From IMG/VR virus record IMGVR_UViG_3300022926_000006, positions 18,084 to 82,083 of that record: 64,000 bases of DNA, one strand, 5' to 3'. The notes beneath the pieces are model-generated. The model saw only the letters and a program-made list of their open reading frames with translations. It was not told the origin of the DNA and searched no databases. This DNA is from a virus. A program made the position numbers and the translations under genes. This document shows positions 40,291 through 49,061 of this stretch, piece by piece; the first letter of the stretch is position 1, and each line of letters opens with the position of its first letter.

Positions 40291-40509
40291 TTAGCGTTGT
40301 GAAACGAAAGAATTCATCTCATTTGCTAGTTTGCTGATATCTTCGAATGTTGGAAATGCAGGAAGTTCAGGAAAAGAAACATCTAATCCCGCTTCTCTAT
40401 CTGCAAAGTATTTCTCTTTAATATTGCTGATATCAGTGTGATATTGCTCTGTGAGCAGTTGTTTAGCACTCTCAATCATAGAGAAGCGCAAATCGAATGG
40501 ATTACTCAT
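40291..40509 (-). CDS. Conserved small hypothetical protein
   Basis: 72 aa; NPF.LR...I..AK.LL...P.FP....I...A.....FV; AGGAG RBS. Confidence 0.7.
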   Translation of the reverse strand: MSNPFDLRFSMIESAKQLLTEQYHTDISNIKEKYFADREAGLDVSFPELPAFPTFEDISKLANEMNSFVSQR

Positions 40510-40539
40510 ACTATTTCTCCTTGTGTGTATGTGTGTAAA

Positions 40540-40909
40540 ATGTAGGGTGAAGCAATTGCTTCTTCTGTTTCCAGGCGTCCCTACGACACCCAGAAGATTA
40601 TGCCGCTAGGCGAATATCTTCATATGCAATGTTATCGTTTGCATTTACTTTGTTTTGACTTATTAGGCGGTCATCCCACAGTTCTACTCTTTCCTGTTTA
40701 CGTCAGTCGATCCTATTTCGCCCCCATCATAATTACTCGATTTACCAACACCAGATAGATATCTTATTGGTGTCTTTTCTTGTATCTTAAACAGTTTTAT
40801 AAAAAACTCTGTTAGTCTATCAAACATATTGTCCTCAAGTAATTATGGTGGAGGCGGTGGGTATCGCACCCACGTCCTGCCCGTCATTCAGATTGTATCA
40901 ACAAACTGT
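40540..40909 (-). ncRNA. ssrA: Circularly permuted (two-piece) tmRNA; tag ANDNIAYEDIRLAA
   Basis: Acceptor piece ends ...GGGTGCGATACCCACCGCCTCCACCA at 40846; coding piece begins GGGGGCGAAATAGGATCGAC at 40725; tag ORF 40642-40598; outer ends approximate. Confidence 0.93.
40684..40827 (-). CDS. Putative 47-aa ORF starting in the tmRNA intervening segment
   Basis: GAGGA RBS + ATG; MFDRLTEFFIKLFKIQEKTPIRYLSGVGKSSNYDGGEIGSTDVNRKE*. Confidence 0.45.
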   Translation of the reverse strand: MFDRLTEFFIKLFKIQEKTPIRYLSGVGKSSNYDGGEIGSTDVNRKE

Positions 40910-40915
40910 ACATTA

Positions 40916-40944
40916 TATATAACATGCTTTGATGTAAATGTCAA
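40916..40944 (-). promoter_or_regulatory. Sigma70-type promoter of the tmRNA
   Basis: TTGACA-17-TATATA(TAAT). Confidence 0.65.
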
Positions 40945-41306
40945 GTAGTAATTCCATTATTACCAAAAATACTGTTATACTCTAATTCACCTCCATCTGA
41001 TATAACGCAAGTTACATTTGCTGATGGAAGAAATTCTAATATTGTGACTGTACCTTTGTCTTTGTTAACTAGAACTTCGACAATACTAGGTAGTGTAGTT
41101 TTGTATCTAATCATTCCAACTTCGCCGTACTCATTCGCGAATTCTGCTTTTACTTCGTTGTATGGTTTCTTAGTACAGACAACAGGTTTTTGTCCTTGTC
41201 TATATTCATGTTCTGAATTATCTTGAGCAAATGTGATGCTGGATAAAAATGTTAGACACCATACCAATACAATAACATCAAATACCCATGACTTTCTGAT
41301 ATTCAT
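40941..41306 (-). CDS. Hypothetical exported protein
   Basis: 121 aa; signal peptide, KPVVC, TCVI. Confidence 0.6.
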   Translation of the reverse strand: MNIRKSWVFDVIVLVWCLTFLSSITFAQDNSEHEYRQGQKPVVCTKKPYNEVKAEFANEYGEVGMIRYKTTLPSIVEVLVNKDKGTVTILEFLPSANVTCVISDGGELEYNSIFGNNGITT

Positions 41307-41934
41307 TTCGAACCTCTCTATAGGACTCTATATAATTGTCCCTCTTCTCTATGAAGAGTTGTGGTTCGTTACCTTCTACTGCCATTATAATAACAACAGT
41401 ATCAATTGGTATACCTGTTCTCTCTTCATACATTACTGCATATGCACTACCTTGTTGAAAGTAGTTGGTAATGTACTCTGCTTGTTTAGGTCTGCTAGAG
41501 GTCTTAAAATCAATAATTGAAAGTCGACCATCAAACTCTGCAATACAGTCTACACGACCGGCAGTCTTCAAGAAGTCTGAATATAGTGATGCTTCTTGAA
41601 CATGTATATTATTTATCCTGTTTAGATAATCTTGAACTGAAGTAAACATAGACTTCTCTGCAGGATTAGCAAAAGTAACATCTTTGTTGTTGATGTAGTC
41701 TTCTACTTGATAGTGAAACTTAGTTCCTCGTGTAGATGCTTGCCGACTAATCTTGTTCGCCGCTTCTTCACCTACTCGTTTGCGCCACTCTAGAATGCCT
41801 GCTTTAGACTTCCATCCTAGTACTGTTGTTACTGATGGATATTTTAATCCATCAGGTGTCACATACAAACGCATGTTGTCTTCATTGATTGTTTGTAGTT
41901 CATCGATTTCTTTTGGTTCAAGATGTGTAAACAT
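41278..41934 (-). CDS. PD-(D/E)xK exonuclease (T4-like phage exonuclease family)
   Basis: Y.TP.G..YPSVTTVL, WRKRVG, RGT.FH, AGRVDCIAE.DG.LSIIDFKTS, YF.Q..AYA. Confidence 0.9.
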   Translation of the reverse strand: MFTHLEPKEIDELQTINEDNMRLYVTPDGLKYPSVTTVLGWKSKAGILEWRKRVGEEAANKISRQASTRGTKFHYQVEDYINNKDVTFANPAEKSMFTSVQDYLNRINNIHVQEASLYSDFLKTAGRVDCIAEFDGRLSIIDFKTSSRPKQAEYITNYFQQGSAYAVMYEERTGIPIDTVVIIMAVEGNEPQLFIEKRDNYIESYREVRNEYQKVMGI

Positions 41935-42616
41935 GTTCTATCCAGTTGTGGTTGTTTTTGCGAAAGTCTTCATAAAATCTTTTGGGATATATGTTTATAC
42001 CTATGGTTACTCTAGGGGTATCTCCATCATAAGTATTTGTTTGATGTGGAAGATACATAGGAAAGTAGGTCATATCTCCAACATTATTTTTCATATCCAA
42101 TTCTTCATCTCTATTAATAATTATATATTTTGTCACAGAAGTATCGCAAGCACCACCAACAAAAAGATTACCACTGATATATGAATATGTTCCATAGTCA
42201 TGTACATGTTCACTTATGCTTTGTCCTGCTTCTAAAACATTATACCAACAATGAACCATTATAGGTTCAATCTCAGTATTAGATATTATACAATAATTTT
42301 TATAAGAAGTCAAGATGTTTTTTTCAAGTTCTTGAATTAATTTGTTGTCTTTGTACTTTGTTAGAAGATTATATCTATCCCATCTTGTAGAAAGACTTTG
42401 GGCATCAAGTCCTGTAGTTTCTTTGTGACCCTCTAGTTTCATAAGAGTTGATACTTCACTCAAAAGAAACTTATACAATTCATCACAATACGACACGTTC
42501 AACTTAGTTATGTCTATAAGACAACGTGGATACTTCAGAGATAGATTATTTTTAACATCTATACTCTTAAATCTAAATGAATGTCTTGTTTCAATGTTTT
42601 TACTATCAAAAATCAT
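41918..42616 (-). CDS. 2OG-Fe(II) oxygenase-like protein
   Basis: CWYNV......I..H.H, SG..F, YFP.YL.H, R.T.G.N. Confidence 0.78.
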   Translation of the reverse strand: MIFDSKNIETRHSFRFKSIDVKNNLSLKYPRCLIDITKLNVSYCDELYKFLLSEVSTLMKLEGHKETTGLDAQSLSTRWDRYNLLTKYKDNKLIQELEKNILTSYKNYCIISNTEIEPIMVHCWYNVLEAGQSISEHVHDYGTYSYISGNLFVGGACDTSVTKYIIINRDEELDMKNNVGDMTYFPMYLPHQTNTYDGDTPRVTIGINIYPKRFYEDFRKNNHNWIEHVYTS

Positions 42617-43251
42617 CTTGGAACAATAGGACCAATCAAACCATCTAATCGTTCATCATTACCACAAGTGTTCTGAAAAATAAAGTCTTGTACTTTTGAT
42701 AAGTGATAACACTGAAATACTAGCGCAACTCGCAAATCATCTTTAGATGTTGTTGATAATCCTCTGTGATAAATGTCGGCATTGAAATCAACGAACCAAT
42801 CTTGTTGATAAGGTGCTTCTTCTTCCGCACCATCATCAAATCTAAACTGAGTTCCTCTATGTCTACGATGAACTTCTTTTACAGGATAATATACAATTGT
42901 TCTACAGTCATCATCTTCGGTATTGTCTTGATGCCAAGGACCATCCATTTGCGCTGTTTGTCCAAGAAGGTAACATCTACCAACTTGGGTCTTAACATTT
43001 ATGTCTAACTTCTGTGCTATCTTTATCCAAATATTTTTAACATATGGATTGCATTTGATATAGTTTAAATTATTATCATAGTCAGAAACAAAATAATTTC
43101 TATGTGCAAATGCTCCATCCGCACCAGCACCAAACATCCAATAGAAGGACCTTTGGAAGTAATCTGAGTATAATCGTTTGTCTTCCTCGCTACTTCCAAG
43201 TTCCATATATCTTACTGGTTCTAAATCTTCGCGTTTAGCATTATCAGTCAT
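42613..43251 (-). CDS. 2OG-Fe(II) oxygenase-like protein
   Basis: GQT...DG.WH.D, T..YY, F...I.HRG, R..L.F. Confidence 0.78.
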   Translation of the reverse strand: MTDNAKREDLEPVRYMELGSSEEDKRLYSDYFQRSFYWMFGAGADGAFAHRNYFVSDYDNNLNYIKCNPYVKNIWIKIAQKLDINVKTQVGRCYLLGQTAQMDGPWHQDNTEDDDCRTIVYYPVKEVHRRHRGTQFRFDDGAEEEAPYQQDWFVDFNADIYHRGLSTTSKDDLRVALVFQCYHLSKVQDFIFQNTCGNDERLDGLIGPIVPR

Positions 43252-43263
43252 AATAAATTTTCA

Positions 43264-43773
43264 CTAAATTAAACTTAGTGCCTTCTCTGTTGTTTCTTCT
43301 ACACGGCGAGTCCAACCTTTTCCAAATGTATCAAAGGTACTCAAGGATTCATAGTAACTCTGCCTCGCAGATTGATACTCTCTGATAGCACCTTCAATGC
43401 CATTCTCATCAACGTAGTTTGCAACTGCTTTAAGTGTGTTAGGACCAATTCCACCATCCGCTACAGTACCAATCATTCGCTGTAGATATTTGGCGGCACG
43501 TCCTGTACCAGCATTCACACCAAAGTCAAATACGCAGAGGTCTAAACCACTAGGTAGTTCATCTCCTTTAACGCGACCCCAATAATTTTTTTCATAAATT
43601 GGAGCAACATCATCAACCGTAAGGTCTTTCATATCTTTTGTTCCACCCCATTCTTCATAAACACGTTTGGTGACACCAAGATTAGTTTCACCTCCTGGGT
43701 CTTTAGGATGATTTACATAACCACCCTCATGGTGAAGGATGGTTTTTAAACACTCTGCGTAATTGTCTTTCAT
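43264..43773 (-). CDS. Endolysin, glycoside hydrolase family 108 with peptidoglycan-binding domain
   Basis: HEGGYVNHPKDPGGETNLGVT, FDFGVNAG, DG.IGP.T, FGKGW.RR. Confidence 0.93.
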   Translation of the reverse strand: MKDNYAECLKTILHHEGGYVNHPKDPGGETNLGVTKRVYEEWGGTKDMKDLTVDDVAPIYEKNYWGRVKGDELPSGLDLCVFDFGVNAGTGRAAKYLQRMIGTVADGGIGPNTLKAVANYVDENGIEGAIREYQSARQSYYESLSTFDTFGKGWTRRVEETTEKALSLI

Positions 43774-43782
43774 ATTTTTTCC

Positions 43783-44520
43783 TTATGCAATTTTTAGTTT
43801 TTTGTCTATACTCTCGTAAAGACCAGCGTACTGTTTTCTGTTCTTCGCTATGATATACTCTTTAACAAGTCCACTTCTTACAATGTCTTCTTCTTTGAAG
43901 TCAATCATATCAAAAGATTTCATATTCTTTACAATGTCCATAAAGTCAATGATACCTCTCTGTTCATTCTGTCTAGTCAAATCAGTTTGCATGAAGTCAC
44001 CAGAAAAAATAATTTTAGAGTTTTCACCAACTCTTGTTATGATTGTGTCCAGTTCATGAAAGTTTAAGTTCTGACACTCATCTACAATCACAATACTATC
44101 AATCAAGGTTATACCTCGTATGTATGATGTAGGAAGAAACTCTAATATATCTTGATATTTAGCAAGTTCATATGGGTTCTCCACACCAGGAAATAGTTCG
44201 TTCATTAATGCGACATACGGTTCATTATATACTGCAGATTTTTCCTCTTGTGATCCAGGAAGAAAACCTATATCTCTGATAGGTAACATAGACCTAACTA
44301 ATACAACTTTTCTTTGGTCAACTTTACGCGATAGGATTGCGTTCATTGCAAGATATAATGCAATAAAAGTTTTCCCTGTTCCAGCACATCCATGAAGGAT
44401 TAAATTCTTGTCGTTATTAAATGCGTCAAAAGTTTTTTCCTGATTGGTTGTAATCGGATTAACTTTTTTAATTAACGTATCTGATAATGCTTTAACGGTA
44501 ATTACTTTAGATTTGGTCAT
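43783..44520 (-). CDS. phoH: PhoH-like ATPase
   Basis: G.AGTGKT, IGFLPG...EK, RG.T.....VIVDE.QN, TRVG..SK....GD..Q.DL, DIVRSGLV. Confidence 0.95.
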   Translation of the reverse strand: MTKSKVITVKALSDTLIKKVNPITTNQEKTFDAFNNDKNLILHGCAGTGKTFIALYLAMNAILSRKVDQRKVVLVRSMLPIRDIGFLPGSQEEKSAVYNEPYVALMNELFPGVENPYELAKYQDILEFLPTSYIRGITLIDSIVIVDECQNLNFHELDTIITRVGENSKIIFSGDFMQTDLTRQNEQRGIIDFMDIVKNMKSFDMIDFKEEDIVRSGLVKEYIIAKNRKQYAGLYESIDKKLKIA

Positions 44521-44571
44521 GTGTTCTCCTCTGTTATGACTGATATCATATTCTGAACATCAATAACATAA

Positions 44572-45624
44572 TCAATGATTAAATGGACACCCACCTCCTT
44601 TTCCTTTATTAAATATCTTACCCATCAAACGATAAGGTTTTGAAGAACCCCAATTTGTGTTTAATAGGTTCATTTTTTCTCGCTCTGCCTGTTCGTCTTC
44701 TTTTGTCATAGTCCGAACTTCAAAAGGTAAATCTGTGCGCTTAATCATGATGTACCTGCAGAGTGGTTGCTGAAAAGGAATAAGAAACTTACATCCTCTT
44801 GTTTTAAAGTGCATAAACATATTAAATGTTCTGTAGTAATCTGTATTAATGATTCCAGGAAGAACAGAGAATAATTGTTGTGTATCAAAATGATAATCTA
44901 AATTTGTAATCATAGTAGAATAACCAGGAGGTGTCATAATTCTCCAAGGTGAGTTCAGTTTTAGAACTACTTTTGCCCACTCGTCAGGCCACTCGTTTAT
45001 CATTGTTGAGTATTGATATTGCGGGTGTGCGCCAAAGTCCCATGAAGATGAATGTGTTTTTTGATTTTTAGTCCAATCCCCAATCTCTTCTTCGGTGAAT
45101 CCATGTCCACGCATATATGCTATCATCTCTTGCCAAGCAGTGATATCACTATCTCTTGTCATAACGTCAAGATTAACAAAGTCAGCATTGTTTCCTGTTG
45201 ACTTTCCATCTGCGCCATCAGGATAGTATTGTGCAAGTGCCGATGAAGTTACTGCCACAGCACTATTACCGTTAGCAGAAATTTCAAGCATTGCAGAACC
45301 CCAAAATGGAACAATAAATCCATTTGTTAAGTAATCTTGTATGCCAGGACATGTTTTTATTGTTTGACCGGCAGTTCTCCATTCTGGAGGATTGCCAGTA
45401 GGAAGAAAAGTTTTAGTAGCATCGGACATACCTCTAATTTCTTCGTAAGTGTGAACTTTTTGTGCAGGTAATTGTTTATACCAGTTAGGAATATATTTTG
45501 ATGCTGGTACAATAGGTGCCCACTTTTCTATTCCCTCAACTGAAGAATAAAACTCAATCTTAGGTTGCTCTACTTTTCCTCGTTTGGATAACCATTTCGC
45601 AAAATCATTAATAACATCTATCAT
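44572..45624 (-). CDS. Conserved hypothetical marine phage protein
   Basis: 350 aa; P.WYK, T.K.CPGI.D....G...PFW, KL.SPW...TPPGYS, LPGII.TD. Confidence 0.65.
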   Translation of the reverse strand: MIDVINDFAKWLSKRGKVEQPKIEFYSSVEGIEKWAPIVPASKYIPNWYKQLPAQKVHTYEEIRGMSDATKTFLPTGNPPEWRTAGQTIKTCPGIQDYLTNGFIVPFWGSAMLEISANGNSAVAVTSSALAQYYPDGADGKSTGNNADFVNLDVMTRDSDITAWQEMIAYMRGHGFTEEEIGDWTKNQKTHSSSWDFGAHPQYQYSTMINEWPDEWAKVVLKLNSPWRIMTPPGYSTMITNLDYHFDTQQLFSVLPGIINTDYYRTFNMFMHFKTRGCKFLIPFQQPLCRYIMIKRTDLPFEVRTMTKEDEQAEREKMNLLNTNWGSSKPYRLMGKIFNKGKGGGCPFNH

Positions 45625-45920
45625 TTATTTTTCGCCCTATGCTTTGCTAAAATTTGTTCAGTCTGACTTCTCTTAATAGACTTACGATTGTATTGTTGAT
45701 CCACTGCCGATCCAGGAGCATTCTCTCCAATTCGTGACATTACTTCTTTGAATCCGTCTGTGGTTTTATCAGATAGTGATACGCCGCCAACAATTGAAGG
45801 GGCGGTAATGACTGGTTCAATATTGGGATGTGTTTTAAGGAAGTCTTCTCGGTCTTTCCATGACATGAATTCGTCAAATACTTCTCCAGTTTGATTATTA
45901 ATAAACGTGTATGTAGGCAT
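45621..45920 (-). CDS. FmdB-like regulatory protein (Cys-less variant)
   Basis: MPTY.F.N..TGE.F, GFKEV.SRI....PGS; usual neighbour of phoH in T4-like phages. Confidence 0.65.
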   Translation of the reverse strand: MPTYTFINNQTGEVFDEFMSWKDREDFLKTHPNIEPVITAPSIVGGVSLSDKTTDGFKEVMSRIGENAPGSAVDQQYNRKSIKRSQTEQILAKHRAKNK

Positions 45921-46497
45921 TATCTATATCTCTATTTAGTGATTGGTTATTGTACCATTGAGGTACATCTCTCTTTTTCCAGTTAGCAAAAGTCTTTTTT
46001 GCCTCACGATAAAAGTTGCGATAAGCACTGATGCTATCACCTTCTACCATGCATTGTGGAAACTGCTTCATTGCTTGAGGCGGTTCTACAAAATCTTTAT
46101 TAGGAATATTTGTTGGTGCAGTTTTTAAAAGTTCTGACAGAAGCGTATAACTAGCATGAGGTTTTTCGTATCTATAGATGAACTCTTTATGCAACTCACA
46201 CCAGAGGTCGTACAACCACTTATAATGAGAGACAGACTGACGAACCCAAATAGCAGACGGGTGATTGACATGACACGCTTTATATACGATTTGCTCTGCA
46301 TTGTCGTTCTGTAAACGCCATCGTTTTACTTTTCTGTTGTTCTTGCTATAATCAGTGTACTCATCGCCGTCAAGCACCCTGTGGGCGGTTGACATGAGTT
46401 GTGCATACTCGACAAGCATCTTACTCACATGTTTGTCTACATGCCACTCAGCGCACGTTTTAGGGTCATTATGTAGATAGAATATATTCATCATCAC
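45898..46497 (-). CDS. Pyrimidine-dimer DNA glycosylase (DenV-like)
   Basis: MNIFYL..DP..CA..H.DKHV.KM..EYAQL.STAHR, H.NHPS..W.R, PPQAM, AYR.FY. Confidence 0.85.
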   Translation of the reverse strand: MMMNIFYLHNDPKTCAEWHVDKHVSKMLVEYAQLMSTAHRVLDGDEYTDYSKNNRKVKRWRLQNDNAEQIVYKACHVNHPSAIWVRQSVSHYKWLYDLWCELHKEFIYRYEKPHASYTLLSELLKTAPTNIPNKDFVEPPQAMKQFPQCMVEGDSISAYRNFYREAKKTFANWKKRDVPQWYNNQSLNRDIDNAYIHVY

Positions 46498-46545
46498 CTC
46501 GTTGTATCATTAACTATATTAATGTATCATAAGTCAGTCATTATG

Positions 46546-46815
46546 TCAAGAATTTTCTTCAAGTTTCTTCTGTAGTTTTCTCCAACGCTTAACTGCTTCT
46601 TTTTTCTTACGTTGTTTTGCTTCTGCTGGTTTCTCATAGTACTGTTTTGCTTTTAGTTCTTTGAGTATTCCAGATTTTTGTACTTTCTTCTTAAACAGAC
46701 GCAATGCTTTTTCAACATCGCCGTTGCGTACTGTTACTTCTAGACCCCCATCGCGTGGTCTATCATCGTTTTTAACGTATCGTCTATTACTGTTGTAGTT
46801 ATTTTTATAAGTCAT
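46546..46815 (-). CDS. rpsU: Ribosomal protein bS21 homologue
   Basis: V.VRNGDVEKALR.FKKKV...GIL.E......YEKP....RK..EA..R; true start likely ATG at 46815, just downstream of a promoter. Confidence 0.9.
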   Translation of the reverse strand: MTYKNNYNSNRRYVKNDDRPRDGGLEVTVRNGDVEKALRLFKKKVQKSGILKELKAKQYYEKPAEAKQRKKKEAVKRWRKLQKKLEENS

Positions 46816-46821
46816 AAATTT

Positions 46822-46850
46822 AATATAACACTCTTCGTATAGTTTGTCAA
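46822..46850 (-). promoter_or_regulatory. Sigma70 promoter of bS21
   Basis: TTGACA-17-TATATT with extended -10 TG; ATG 6 nt downstream. Confidence 0.75.
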
Positions 46851-47473
46851 GTCTTTTTTTGGCAAATGTTGGCAATTCTATCAGTTTCTTTATCAAAATT
46901 GAAAGCAACTGTCAATCTTCGCTGTTTATATGTAATAGGTTGTCTAGTCTTATAAGGAACCTGATGCATTATATATCCAGGAAATAATATTAGTTTTCCT
47001 GGTTTAGGAAATGAACTGTAATATTTTTGAGTAACAGGACTGTTTCCAGTTCTAGGATACTTCGCATGAAATGTATAGTCGTTTGGATTTAAAAATTCTG
47101 TTGCAACTATATCAGGTGTGGCGTAATATATTGCACATATGTCATGTATACCGTGATGATGTGATTCCTGCCAATGAACATTCTCATAAAAATTAAACCA
47201 AAAGTCACCTGCATACAAAGGCGCATCAGTATGCCATCCAACTTCTTTTATGAATTCTCTACCGTGATATTGAACCTGCTCTAATAGTTCAATATTGACA
47301 CTCATAATATCGTCATTTAATTCTCTATGAGTGTAAGTTGAAAATACTTCACAATCCCAAGGATTGTTTGAGTAATCTCTAATAGTGGTTTCTACTGTTT
47401 GTAATAGTTTGTCATTATCGATATCTAGTTGCACCTCCGCAATTGGATGCGGAAAAATATAATCAATGTTCAC
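46847..47473 (-). CDS. 2OG-Fe(II) oxygenase-like protein
   Basis: WFN.Y.....QE.H.H, F.NP, G.LILFP....H.V, R....FN. Confidence 0.8.
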   Translation of the reverse strand: MNIDYIFPHPIAEVQLDIDNDKLLQTVETTIRDYSNNPWDCEVFSTYTHRELNDDIMSVNIELLEQVQYHGREFIKEVGWHTDAPLYAGDFWFNFYENVHWQESHHHGIHDICAIYYATPDIVATEFLNPNDYTFHAKYPRTGNSPVTQKYYSSFPKPGKLILFPGYIMHQVPYKTRQPITYKQRRLTVAFNFDKETDRIANICQKKT

Positions 47474-48076
47474 TTACTCATCATCCTCTCTAACAATTCT
47501 TTTACTTCTTTCCAAACCATGAAATATATAGTCGGTCGCTTCTAATGCACCACATCGCTTAACTAGAGCATATTGGTCACCATTAAACACCCACTTAGTT
47601 GAGTTGTGTTTACCATCAATAAAGTGACATGAAATAGTCCAGGATGAAGTCGAACGAATTCTATATACAAGCGCCCGTTGTCCAAAATGTTGATCCGCCG
47701 GATCAATAATTTCTATAACATCACCAGGTTGTACAGGCGCATCTGCGCTTAACGTATATTTGCGGGCATAACTTCCTTGTAACACACTACCATCATCATT
47801 TTTGTTACCCACATACTTAGTTCCCTCAGGAAGTTTAAATGTACCGTCTCTAAGACGCTCTCTGATAAGTATATCATCAAGAGATACCATCACTTTTTTA
47901 TTTTCAGTAGCATAGACTTCAACTGGATTTAGTTTACCAATTTTGGATACTTCACCAATTTGTCGGTTAGTTGTTACTCTTGATGAACCACTAGCATATT
48001 GAATGCCTTCTTTTGTCACTCGGCGCTGAGTTGTATCATATGTCTCATGTTCATAAGCATCATTTTCTTCAGACAT
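47474..48076 (-). CDS. Hypothetical protein (KOW/SH3-like segment)
   Basis: 200 aa; PGDVIEII.......G; GAGAGG RBS; late promoter 48118-48125. Confidence 0.55.
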   Translation of the reverse strand: MSEENDAYEHETYDTTQRRVTKEGIQYASGSSRVTTNRQIGEVSKIGKLNPVEVYATENKKVMVSLDDILIRERLRDGTFKLPEGTKYVGNKNDDGSVLQGSYARKYTLSADAPVQPGDVIEIIDPADQHFGQRALVYRIRSTSSWTISCHFIDGKHNSTKWVFNGDQYALVKRCGALEATDYIFHGLERSKRIVREDDE

Positions 48077-48099
48077 TATAATCCTCTCTATAGTAAAAA

Positions 48100-48125
48100 T
48101 ATAAATACTCTTAGATATATTTATA
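48100..48125. promoter_or_regulatory. Opposing late promoters (+ 48100-48107; - 48118-48125)
   Basis: Two TATAAATA boxes between divergent ORFs. Confidence 0.7.
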
Positions 48126-48137
48126 CGGAGTAATAAG

Positions 48138-48845
48138 ATGGGTAAAAGATTTCAAGATATTAAAGATGCAATTGTAGTAGAACAAATTGCAGATTTAAAT
48201 GAGGGCGTTTATGATCCTAGCATCTTCAAAGCATTCTTCTTAGCAGGAGGTCCTGGTTCAGGTAAGTCTTATGTTCAAAAACAAACGACTGGTGGTATGG
48301 GTCTTAAAGTAGTTAACTCAGATGACATTTATGAGAAGATGTTAAAAGATGCTGGTATGGATACAACACCAGAAGATATCTACTCAGACAAAGGTCAAGA
48401 AATTCGCGGACAAGCAAAGCGAGTGACAAAGGCAAGACAATCAAATTTTTTAATGGGTCGTCTTGGTGTTGTTATTGATGGTACTGGTAAAGACTTTGAC
48501 AAAATTCAAAGACAAGCGGCATCGCTAAAGCAACTCGGTTATGATACTTATATGATTTTCGTTAATACTTCAGAAGAAGTTGCACAAGAAAGAAATCAAG
48601 CAAGAAAAAGAACACTACCAAGAGAAGAAGTCAAATCAATGTGGATGGATGTTCAAAAGAACATTGGTGCATTTCAGCGTTTCTTTGGTAGCAAGAACTT
48701 TATCATTCTCGACAACAATGGTCCTAATGATGATGTTCTACAAATGGTCTTTAAGAGAGTTCGTAACATGGTCAAAACTCCAGTTAAGAACTACATTGCA
48801 AAGCAGTGGATTGCTAACGAACTAGAAAAGAAAAGAAGGAGATAA
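48138..48845 (+). CDS. P-loop kinase (AAA_33/zeta-like)
   Basis: 235 aa; LAGGPGSGKS, VNSDD, VIDGTG, A.ERN.AR.R. Confidence 0.85.
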   Translation: MGKRFQDIKDAIVVEQIADLNEGVYDPSIFKAFFLAGGPGSGKSYVQKQTTGGMGLKVVNSDDIYEKMLKDAGMDTTPEDIYSDKGQEIRGQAKRVTKARQSNFLMGRLGVVIDGTGKDFDKIQRQAASLKQLGYDTYMIFVNTSEEVAQERNQARKRTLPREEVKSMWMDVQKNIGAFQRFFGSKNFIILDNNGPNDDVLQMVFKRVRNMVKTPVKNYIAKQWIANELEKKRRR

Positions 48846-48857
48846 TTCTCCTTCTAC

Positions 48858-49055
48858 TTAGTTGTCACCCAACATTATTCTTTTTGCCTCTTCATAGTAA
48901 CCCATTTGTGATAATGCATGTGCCGCTCTTGCACGTCCTGCAGTCTCACTAATTGAAATTACAAATACTAAACCCGCAATAAATGCAGTTCTAATCACCT
49001 CACATGCTTTGCATGTGTATTCATAACTGTTGTGTAATGCTATGCCAATCGACAT
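48858..49055 (-). CDS. Small hypothetical protein
   Basis: 65 aa; GRARAA..L..MGY.EEAK; GGAG RBS. Confidence 0.6.
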   Translation of the reverse strand: MSIGIALHNSYEYTCKACEVIRTAFIAGLVFVISISETAGRARAAHALSQMGYYEEAKRIMLGDN

Positions 49056-49061
49056 TTATTT

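Noticed and set aside
41278-41934. Cas4/CRISPR system
   Set aside because: Ordinary T4-like PD-(D/E)xK exonuclease without the Cas4 Cys cluster; no repeat-spacer array seen anywhere in the window
46816-46908. N-terminal 31-aa extension of bS21 given in the ORF track
   Set aside because: Overlaps the upstream oxygenase and spans the promoter; ATG at 46815 is more plausible
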